Source: an uncultured Nitrososphaerales archaeon (lineage in GTDB: Archaea; Thermoproteota; Nitrososphaeria; Nitrososphaerales; Nitrososphaeraceae). From it: a DNA stretch of 64,000 nucleotides. Below, piece by piece: positions 55,481 to 64,000 of this stretch. The notes below the pieces were generated by a model. That model made no database searches. It was given only the letters and a program-made list of their open reading frames with translations, and was not told where the DNA came from. Position 1 is the first letter of the stretch; each line of letters starts with the position of its first letter. A program made the translations under genes and the position numbers. The stretch lies in contig CAVQMO010000004.1 of NCBI GenBank assembly GCA_963713605.1, forward strand, positions 32,001 to 96,000. The letters are read 5' to 3'.

Positions 55481-55687
55481 ATGAAGTCGAATATAAACGG
55501 AAAAATGCTGGCAATATTATTTGTAGCAGCAGCCGCGATAGCATCAGCAACAGGTACAACAATGATTACCCCAGCTTTTGCACAAGGCGGTAATATGACA
55601 GGCGGAGGAAATGCTACGGAAGGAAATATGACCGGCCCTGATATGGCAGGAAGCGGAATGGCAACGCCTCCAATGATGACACCATAA
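55481..55687 (+). CDS. Small secreted Gly/Met-rich protein
   Basis: Signal ending AFA; GNMT/GNAT repeats. Confidence 0.55.
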   Translation: MKSNINGKMLAILFVAAAAIASATGTTMITPAFAQGGNMTGGGNATEGNMTGPDMAGSGMATPPMMTP

Positions 55688-56441
55688 ATCGCATGGATAT
55701 TCATAAATAGTAAATGCGACTAAACCTATTTTTTCTATTTCATCGTTTGGGCCCTTAAATGTTTATTCCAAGGAAATGTACCTAAAATTGTTATCTTATT
55801 TTCTTGATTTCAACTGCAAGACATACTCTAAATAGGTATTGGTTTCCTTCTTTTTTCCTGATTCTGTAAGATATCACTTGTGATATAATTTACCACAGAA
55901 CAAAAAATCAAGTCTCTAATTCAATAGTGAAATGACATCTAATAGCTTATGGAAAAGAAGCTTTAGGATTAAACAGAATTGCTTTTCAGGAACTCTTGAA
56001 ATTATCTCATAAAAAAAAGTAACACATTTTCAGATTTCGGTCGATTCAGAATAAAATAGATAATCAGTCTATAGCAGAATTTCCATGTGATAATCAAAAT
56101 TATGTACCCCTATGTAGTGGAATTCTATAATAATATGCATTATAACGATTCAGGCTCAGTTATTATCATAACGTATGTATCACATCATTCCCCAATCCTA
56201 GAAATCTCAGATTGGAATGATTACCTGTGGTATCTGGAATCCAAGGTTATTAGTCTGAAGTTAGAACCACTGCCTGAAACTTACTACTAGATCCATATTG
56301 AATTCGATTCTAGTACAATCTTTGTTCGATTTTATGTAAATTATTCGTGGAATACATCCAAGAGTTCTGTTAGGAGGTATATACAATGCTGTCTGCGTAC
56401 ATTTTATTCACAAGCGATACTTCCTAACTAGTAGCGCTTTG

Positions 56442-56732
56442 TTAAACAGTGTCTGGACGCAAATCAGCCTCTATTTCTGCGAATACATGCAAAAACTGTT
56501 CCCCTTTGGGTGTTATTTCATAGTATTGAGTTGGCCCTCTATCAGACGGGATCAGCAACTCACGGCTGATTAGAAAGTCCCTATAGTATGTGAACCGCGG
56601 CCAGTTTAGCTGACTCTCATACGCTAGTTCAAATTGTTTACAGGCTTCTACTTTCGAATTTGCAGTCTGAAGTAACTGTTGAATGATTTCGTACTGTTCT
56701 CAATGAGGTTGCTGTAAAATCCTACTCGGCAT
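56442..56732 (-). pseudogene. wHTH regulator with a premature stop
   Basis: MPSRILQQPH*EQYEIIQQLL...YYEITPKGEQFL; 97 codons with one in-frame TGA. Confidence 0.7.
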
Positions 56733-57071
56733 AGGGTTAACCAATCAACCAAAGTCAATTTACTTCAGGTTTCTAGAAATTACTTTTTTATATACTCTCT
56801 TCTGGTTATAAATCGTCCTCAATCTTACACAATAACTATAAGTATCTTATGCCTTTTTCAGTGATTTCATAGTGTTAATTGGGCCCGCTATAAGACGAAA
56901 TCAGCAGTAATCTTCGGTTTGGTAACACATCGCGGTAGTATAAAAATTGCGCCAAATCTAGTTTCGGAGTGGTCTCGATGAGGCCGCCTTAGAAACTTAG
57001 CTCCAATTATAATGCAATGTGTCATAATGCGCAAAAATAGCCTTTTATTCTAGAATTTTCCATAGGTTTAC

Positions 57072-58161
57072 ATGGTGAGCCGGAGAGAAGATAATTATGA
57101 ATTAAGCTTCAATGAACCGATAGACTGTTGTATAAGCGTTGTGGTCAACAGAGATCACTGCCAATATTAGAACTTCACATAAACTCGGAAGGTATTATTC
57201 TATATTCATCAATAACATGGCAGCTATAGGAAAGAAATTTGGAGCGATAATCGCTAAGACGGGCGGGGATAGCCTTGTTCTTTATTTCCCTCAGACTTCG
57301 AACAAAAATGATAAACGCGCTTTCAAGGACGTTATAGATTGTGGCATAACCATGTTGGCAGCATTTAATTTCATTAACTTCAAAATGTCTGGAGAAGACC
57401 TTCCTCCTGTAGGTTACAGAATAAGCTCTGATTATGGTAGAAGCGAAATTGCTAGATCAAATAGAACTGATAATCTTGACTTGTTCGGATCGGCCATGAA
57501 TATTTGCGCAGAGATAAATCGTATAGCTCCTCCAAATACCATGGTAATAGGTGGGAGTCTATATCAGATCATCGAATCTTTTCCTTCTCCTTTTCTTGAA
57601 CAATATGTATGTAAGTTAGCAGATGATTCTTTCCTTGGTAATTTAAAAATAGCTTATCCTGTTTATTCTGTAGCTAGTAAATACACGCGATTAAGACAGA
57701 ATCAACTATTGAATGACACTGAACCAATTAATAAATCGAAAGGAGTAGATGTAAGTCTAATTTCGAATTCTAGCCGTTCTGATAATATCCTTTTAGTAGA
57801 TGATGATCCAGACATTCTTTTGACATACAAATCCTTCTTAGAAGTTGAGGGCTATACGGTAGATGCATTCAGTAACCCCGAGGATGCATTAAAACATTTT
57901 TCACAGTGCGAAGCTTCGCATTATGATCTGGTATTGCTAGACATTAGAATGCCGCGTCTAAATGGACTTCAACTATTTTATCGAATGAAATCCATTGAAA
58001 CGGACACAAAGATTATTTTTGTATCTGCACTTGAAGCAGCGGACGAATTACTAAGTCTATTACCTGGAATTAAATCAGACAAATATATAATTAAAAAACC
58101 AGTTGGCAAAGAACTTTTTCTTGAAAAAATTAAAGTAATGATATCAGAACCCCTAGCATGA
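57072..58161 (+). CDS. Cyclase-like domain fused to a response-regulator receiver (N-terminus disrupted)
   Basis: KTGGD, YRISSDYG, DLFG; REC motifs ILLVDDD, LLDIRMP, KP. The ATG at 57072 is out of frame with ORF 57139. Confidence 0.8.
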
Positions 58162-58435
58162 CATCAGGTTTAGCATCCCCTATATCTCCTGTTGCAATTG
58201 TTGTTGCTGTTCTAGTGGCTTTATAATAGAGTACTTCAGTGGTAATTCAGTTTTAATTTAGGTGCGATTTCACAATGCACTGCTGCAATACATAGTAAGA
58301 GGTAGAAGAACGCCGATATGAAAACTTGCCTTTGAAGAAAGGAACAGATTCGTCGTCATCCTCTACCCCAACCCTATTTAGGTTTTATTTAGACTTTGTG
58401 GTCAAAGTTAGCATTGCGTTTTAAAATAAAAGACA

Positions 58436-58520
58436 TTCCGGAACCTGGTTATCCTATCATACAAGTGGAACATTTCGGCAGGTAGGTTGTCTTGCCTTCT
58501 TGCCTATCTTATAAAAAAAT
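58436..58520 (+). ncRNA. 18-bp motif (copy 3) plus hairpin cassette
   Basis: TTCCGGAACCTGGTTATC...TCATACAAGTGGAACA..CGGCAGGTAGGTTGTCTTGCC..TATAAAAAA; homologous to 27605-27690 (minus). Confidence 0.5.
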
Positions 58521-58580
58521 ATTTATTTTTTGGATAACTCCGGTGTAGTAGAGTAACGTCATTTTTGATAAGAGTAAGAT

Positions 58581-58802
58581 ATGTCCAGACAAAGCCATGC
58601 TAAACTAGTTCCCCCGGAAAACCAAGTTCTCGAACCGATAGAAGAATCCAGTATATCAGAGCAAAGAGAAGAGCCGGAGTTGTCTGAGCTAGAAATTGAA
58701 ACTCAATGCCCAAGATGTAATGATATTATGGAATTGTGCTCCAGCTTTGATAAGTTAGTGTACTCTTGTGAGAGCTGGAGCTTCTTGTTGAAATGTGTTT
58801 AA
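58581..58802 (+). CDS. Small zinc-ribbon protein (last Cys replaced by Trp)
   Basis: CPRC...CESW. Confidence 0.6.
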   Translation: MSRQSHAKLVPPENQVLEPIEESSISEQREEPELSELEIETQCPRCNDIMELCSSFDKLVYSCESWSFLLKCV

Positions 58803-59229
58803 AGAGAAGACATACATCTTATCTTAAGATTTTCGTCCAACTAAGATGTCAATCTTGAAGTTGATGTAGATATATACTAATTTTTGATATACTTGCTGGT
58901 AGTTATTGTTGGCTCTGCTATCCCTATAGCGTGTGTTTTGCCACTACCAACTTTCAAATTGAACAGATGGCTTAAGACACATCCACTACTACCACTGATA
59001 GACAGCTAGTGTCAATACGATAGACGACATCTACATCTCAAAAAGAAAGTTGGTATTTGTGGACCAAATATTCTAGGAGCAGAAAATGCTTCATTGACTT
59101 TGTTTATTATTGAGCCTACTAAGATCAAATAGTAGGTAGTCTACAGCGTGTTATCCATTCTTTTTAATTTTCTAAATCTATGAGACTAAAGTTTGGACAT
59201 GATCGAGTAATGAGGGATAACTTCACTAT

Positions 59230-59862
59230 TCAGTCGGTCAGGTATAGATCTTTCTTTTTTCGATATATGAATCTCATCACCAATGAGGCAGGAATGATGA
59301 GGGCGGGGACTCCCAAGGCAAAATCAAGAGAATAAACCGAAATCCCTAATGAAATCATGAAGACCACGGGTATCACAGTAGTACGGAAATATGTCAAATA
59401 TATTATATTTTTATCAATAGTCTTATTAGGAGATATTAGCTTAGCTTTCAGCGCGTGAGTCCATATGCCAAAGAGCATAAAACCAGCAAAAATTTGAACT
59501 ACGCAGTAAAATCCATAGGCATAGATATTGGTATCGTATATATTTGTTAGTTTAAATGTAAATGGTATCATTGTTATGAACATGAGAAAAATGATGTTTA
59601 GCCAAATCGCCAGATCTGTGGTCTTTGCCAACATGGCAGATATTGATTGATAAGTAATCCAGTACAATCCTATAATTATGAAAGTAATAACAAACAAGAT
59701 AATATCAGATACCAACTCCTCAAGATCATCTTCATTGAAGAGGCCGTCTTCTCCTACCTGTGGAATTGCAAAATCTACAGCGAGTAATGTGATCGCGACT
59801 CCAACAACCGCGTCGGTAAAGAACCTCGCATGAGATTTATTTATTCCATACATATTTACCAA
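59230..59862 (-). CDS. TMEM175 family potassium channel, paralogue of 36924-37556
   Basis: Same length (210 aa), FTDAVVGVAITLL. Confidence 0.88.
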   Translation of the reverse strand: MVNMYGINKSHARFFTDAVVGVAITLLAVDFAIPQVGEDGLFNEDDLEELVSDIILFVITFIIIGLYWITYQSISAMLAKTTDLAIWLNIIFLMFITMIPFTFKLTNIYDTNIYAYGFYCVVQIFAGFMLFGIWTHALKAKLISPNKTIDKNIIYLTYFRTTVIPVVFMISLGISVYSLDFALGVPALIIPASLVMRFIYRKKKDLYLTD

Positions 59863-60018
59863 TCCTAGTTAACCCCTATCTTTCAATTAACCTGCTCTGC
59901 GTATAAATAAGAATCGTATTGTTTGTATCCAAAGTCGAGCTACCTTGATCGATAAAGATTACTCCAGCATCAACAACATACCCATCTTGATACGTATCAA
60001 TATTGGCATCTTGTCCAC

Positions 60019-60204
60019 CGGGGAGAAGGCAATCTTTGGATAACCGAATTAATTATCACCTATGATGGGCGTCCTGTCTATGTAGTAACCGTCATGGAGT
60101 ACAAAGACGGTAAGGTCGCACATGAAACGCATTACTATGCAGATCCTTTCGAACCGCCTGAGTGGCGATCTCAGTGGGTCGAGAGACAACTTATGGAAGT
60201 CTGA
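60019..60204 (+). pseudogene. NTF2/SnoaL-like C-terminal remnant
   Basis: GEGNLWITELIITYDG...ETHYYADPFEPPEWRSQWVE. Confidence 0.65.
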
Positions 60205-60921
60205 ATCCGACTAGTTATTAGGTATCTTATCATTATTACATTATCATAGTCGTTAAGCTAGTAACGCTCATCCATATTTGCATTTAGACTTCCATTTGAA
60301 CTAGAGTCATCAGATTCATCCGTATAGTAGTCTAGACCTTCATTTGAACTAGTAATATACTCAAAGTTGTCGCCGTCAGGTAATGTGAAAGCTAAGAGAC
60401 CTCGTTAATCCTTAAGGTTATGACTGCGATAATAGCTCAGAATACGTCTTCTGCTGATTGGAAAAGTTCTTTTGATCTGCAAAGCTGTAATTTTGAATCC
60501 ACTGGAGTAAATCCATATTTCATCTTAGAGCCCGGGCACAAGCTTATCCTTGAAAATGATGTAGGGCAGGAATCTGAACAGCATAGAAGTATCTCTAATT
60601 AGGGACCAAGAATCTTTTTAAGCTAAGTTAAAACGGTCTGCATGGATGAAAGATCATATTTACTTATGGCCTAATTTATTGAATTCAAGAGTAACCTATA
60701 TTGACGTCCACAACCTGTCATTTAATTTCAATCATGAAACCAAACCTGTCATTAAACCATACGGTACCCCATTAATATGTCGATGTCTTGAATGCCTGGG
60801 AATTGGAAGAGTAGATGTTAATGTAAAAATCAAACTTAATTATCGCCTCTATATATGAGGTTTAGAACATTTGGGTAGTCATCAGAAATCTATATTTAGG
60901 ATATATAGTATCTAGCTCATA

Positions 60922-61743
60922 ATGCTCCAGTCAAAAATTGCAATACTCATGTTATTCGTGATCTCCGCTTACTCTTTAACTCATATACATTATCTCCAAT
61001 ATCTTATGCAAACTCTACCTCAAATACAGCCGGTTCTATACCTTCAGCTGAAGTTGTTCATTCATCGGAATCGATGAAAGTTCCACCATCTGTGGGAACA
61101 TTTGTCATTCTTATTCCTAATGAAGCGCATGAGAATTGGTCCGACGAGCAACATAAGCTAATCACTGACAGGAATTCATATCATGTACCCACTAATCTGA
61201 TTATACCAAATGGAACTGGTATAGTTTTTCTACATGCTGATGCACCTTGGGATACGCCTAACCCTCATACTATTGAAGTACAGGATAGTACTGGGAATGT
61301 TGTGTACAGGTACTGGTCAGCTAGATTATACACTTAGCTCTGAACCAGTAGTACTTCCATCTCCAGGTACTTATAACATTGTTGACAAGGCGTATGACAC
61401 AAAGGAATCCACGATAACGGTTTTGGATAACGAAACATCCATTGGTAATAGCATAGTAGGAGGATTTTACACACCAACCTACCAGGTAGAGAATCCTGAG
61501 GACAACGATGGTATATCGCATCCTGGTTCACTTCAGTATTATAAAGAAGCTTTTAACAATGATGAATTTGATATACTAAGTGAATACAATTTTACTTATG
61601 CTACATGTGATTACTGCCCTGGAGAATATTGGCCCGACAATAAATCTGGAGAACATACATTGCTAATCTATAGTACACAGCAGCCACTTTCAGATGCATT
61701 GGTTAAACTAGGAAAGCTGGTTAAAGACAATGTGTATATATGA
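60922..61743 (+). pseudogene. Secreted cupredoxin-like protein, frameshifted; distant paralogue of 30128-30970
   Basis: VILIPNEAHE versus VVLIPNEGHH; GEHTLLIY versus DEQTLIVW; split over ORFs 61074 and 61234. Confidence 0.7.
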
Positions 61744-62394
61744 AACTAGGTGGGATCCTATGCTTATAGCCTGCCTTATGATGTGAATTATTTTAAATAA
61801 TATTGTATTATCCATTCCAATTGGTACAGAGTGATTTGGATAAACGGAGATATATCATAACATACAGTAACAAGTAGGAATCTGACATTCTTGATCAACT
61901 TTGCAGGAATAGTAATGGAATATGATACCCTTTACCTTTAGTACCTAATCTAATAACCTTAGGATAATAACGCATTTACTACTGATTAAGCACGCATATC
62001 CTCTAATTAGATTTTCTTAGTATATTCAATCGTCTAGTAAAGGTCACTCACTTTGCTATTAGTTTAGTAGACTCTAGTCTTGCATTAATACGCACAAGAC
62101 GACATGGCCGGCAAGAAACACAAAGAGCATAATCATCATAATGTGGTGCAGCAGCAGCGGCAGCCGCTGGTAACTCGCCAGCGGCAGCAGCAAGCGGACA
62201 CGGTGCAGCTGCAGGCAGCGGGTGGCTCATCAGCAGGCTCTTTACGTTATTAGCATAAATCTTATGCAACAAAATTAGAATCGGCAATAACTAAGTTTCT
62301 AAGTTTAGACTGCTACGATATGTATGCCCTATCTTTTTCCTAAGACTTTAATAGTTATTTTACTATATTTTTTATTACAACCAACCCCAGATTG

Positions 62395-62573
62395 GCATGG
62401 TAGTTGCGGCCAATCGAGGACAAATTCTTGGTCGCAACTGCTGATATAATTTTATAATATGTTTTATAATGACTGATGGCAGTTTGGACCTTTAAATCAC
62501 TCATAAAGTCCTACTGTCCAATGCTTCAGGCGACCAAATGTGTTAGACTGTATTGCTTATTGGTCGTCTGCCT
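62395..62573 (+). ncRNA. Putative structured RNA cassette homologous to 23285-23480
   Basis: 13-bp stem TAGTTGCGGCCAA/TTGGTCGCAACTG, an AT spacer, a GGCAGT..GGACCTTTA/TAAAGTCC.ACTGTC hairpin and an AGGCGACCAA/TTGGTCGTCT hairpin. Confidence 0.5.
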
Positions 62574-62632
62574 CTTACGCCCTCAAAGAACTGCCCTCTG
62601 TAAGTGTTATTTAATAATAAAAACCATATAAT

Positions 62633-62692
62633 AATGTCCGTAACTGGACGTACTTTCACAAGGGGTAGGTGAGGCTTCACAATGCCTATCTA
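62633..62692 (+). ncRNA. Motif AATGTCCGTAACTGGAC plus GGTAGGT/GCCTATC hairpin
   Basis: Motif is 16/17 identical to 27674-27690 (minus). Confidence 0.4.
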
Positions 62693-62806
62693 TCCATTGG
62701 TATTAATTAGAACTCTTTCTTATTCTCTGGCCCAAAACCTTAACCAAAAGTGGCATTATAATACAAATCAGCTTAACTTGATTCATATTTATTATCTAAT
62801 TTATTA

Positions 62807-63196
62807 TCATTCTGCTGAAGTATTATTCTCCCATAAACCAAAGGTGTTGTTTTCTGTATCAGAGCACACAGCAAGATAACCCATCTTTGGAACTGCCATT
62901 TTTGCCACCTTAACCTTACCCCCTAATTGTTCTACTTTGTTAGAATATTCATCAACAGATGAGACACCAATAGAATTCAGAATTCCTTGTTGTTCTGGGT
63001 TCATTCTCTTCATCAGCCCTCCATTAACAGCATTATTGCCTTCATGATCTTTTGTGGTTATTCCCCAGGCCTCCACACCTTCTGGTAGTTTTTCTGCTGG
63101 CACTTTCTCAATGTTCCATCCAAGCAAATCACTGTAGAACTTTTTTGACCTTTCTACATCATCTGTTGGTATTTCAAAATGTACTATTGTTGGCAT
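62807..63196 (-). CDS. VOC/glyoxalase family protein, paralogue of 29240-29629
   Basis: Same length (129 aa), highly similar. Confidence 0.92.
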   Translation of the reverse strand: MPTIVHFEIPTDDVERSKKFYSDLLGWNIEKVPAEKLPEGVEAWGITTKDHEGNNAVNGGLMKRMNPEQQGILNSIGVSSVDEYSNKVEQLGGKVKVAKMAVPKMGYLAVCSDTENNTFGLWENNTSAE

Positions 63197-63651
63197 ATCC
63201 CAAAGTAAATAGTTCTACCTAATAAGTTGGTAAGGGATCAAAATGATACTTGGTAGCACTTTAAGGGAAGGAACTAATGTTAACAACCATCCAGATCCAT
63301 CCAGCCAGAAATATTAGTTCATAAATTCAATTTTTAGAATCAATAGATCATTAGCAAGGATGAATTGAATCAGAAGACTTCATTTACAAGTAAAGCAATA
63401 ATAGGCAGTTTAAATAACGAAATGCATGAGATTCAACTTACTACACCACCCATGGATCCATTATGAAATTGATGGTAAATTTTGTCAGAATCCAGGATTC
63501 GGGACTAACAGACACGATAAGAATTCGAAGCGATCTGAAAAATCTAGTCTCCATTATTTTCCCGTCAAGCTACCTTAACTTTTGGTTTGATCATAGCATA
63601 GAAAAAATATTCGGCAGGACGAAGGAAGAAAAATGCACAACATCTCTGCTC

Positions 63652-64000
63652 ATGACGTCTGATCCACTTGAACGCTCAGTAATCTCCTACATACACGGAC
63701 AATTCATTATTATAAATGAAAAATCAAATGTGGCAGATGCAGTAAAGACAATGAATAAAAAGAACGCTGAGACAATCATCGTTACTAACGATGAGGGAAA
63801 ATTCAGTGGCATTATAACAGACAGCGATATTTTGGATCAAGTTGTAATGAAAGGCGAAGATTCAGATCAGATTTTCGTAAAGGCTATTATGTCACACCCT
63901 ATTATAACTATCTCCGCCAGAGCAACCGTAAAGGATGCACTGGAACTGATGAGGGTCAATACGATTAAACGAATCCCAGTGACAGACAATAAACGGATTC
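63652..64000 (+). CDS. CBS domain protein (runs off the window)
   Basis: Manual translation ...VADAVKTM...GIITDSDIL...IMSHPIITI...VKDALELM...IKRIPV. Confidence 0.88.
   Translation, partial: MTSDPLERSVISYIHGQFIIINEKSNVADAVKTMNKKNAETIIVTNDEGKFSGIITDSDILDQVVMKGEDSDQIFVKAIMSHPIITISARATVKDALELMRVNTIKRIPVTDNKRI

Noticed and set aside
62048..62287. Ala-rich minus-strand ORF or GC island
   Set aside because: Low-complexity GCA/GCG repeats, more likely a remnant of a plus-strand Ala/Gly-rich gene.
62662..62692. Twister ribozyme
   Set aside because: GGCTTCACAA is only vaguely like the twister L4 loop, and no pseudoknot partners were found.
1..64000. tRNA, rRNA, integrase, transposase or reverse transcriptase
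   Set aside because: None recognised by eye or in the ORF track; tRNAscan-SE and HMM searches would be needed to exclude them formally.

Overview
AT-rich archaeal DNA, most consistent with a soil ammonia-oxidising archaeon (Nitrososphaeraceae). This is inferred from the gene families present (PsbP-like, cupredoxin-like and TMEM175 paralogues, many wHTH regulators, small CxxC proteins) and was not confirmed by any search. It is an accessory region of low coding density, with many frameshifted genes and fused gene fragments. The best-supported genes are mre11-rad50 (14.2-18.1 kb, minus) and, 27.5 kb away, a long nurA, a frameshifted herA, a DUF6884-like gene and a truncated GIY-YIG-like gene (45.7-50.1 kb, plus). 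Also present are a UbiA prenyltransferase between two wHTH regulators, SAM methyltransferases, an SDR, a patatin, Lrp, TetR and PadR regulators, two VOC genes, two TMEM175 genes, TRAM, a cyclase-like-REC fusion and a CBS protein. No rRNA, tRNA, CRISPR array, integrase or transposase was recognised. The most interesting signals are non-coding. (1) A three-unit tandem array with a ~250-bp period at 24.9-25.6 kb: each unit has a conserved hairpin whose loop covaries with an upstream 7-mer (a predicted pseudoknot) around a variable core, and two units have a TATA-like promoter. (2) A dispersed family of GC-rich hairpin cassettes and an 18-bp motif (TTCCGGAACnTGGTTATC) at 22.4, 23.1-23.5, 24.8, 27.5-27.7, 58.4 and 62.4-62.7 kb. 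Together these suggest an undescribed small-RNA system. An apparently identical direct repeat of at least 423 bp (1-423 and 13519-13941) also brackets a 13.5-kb segment.
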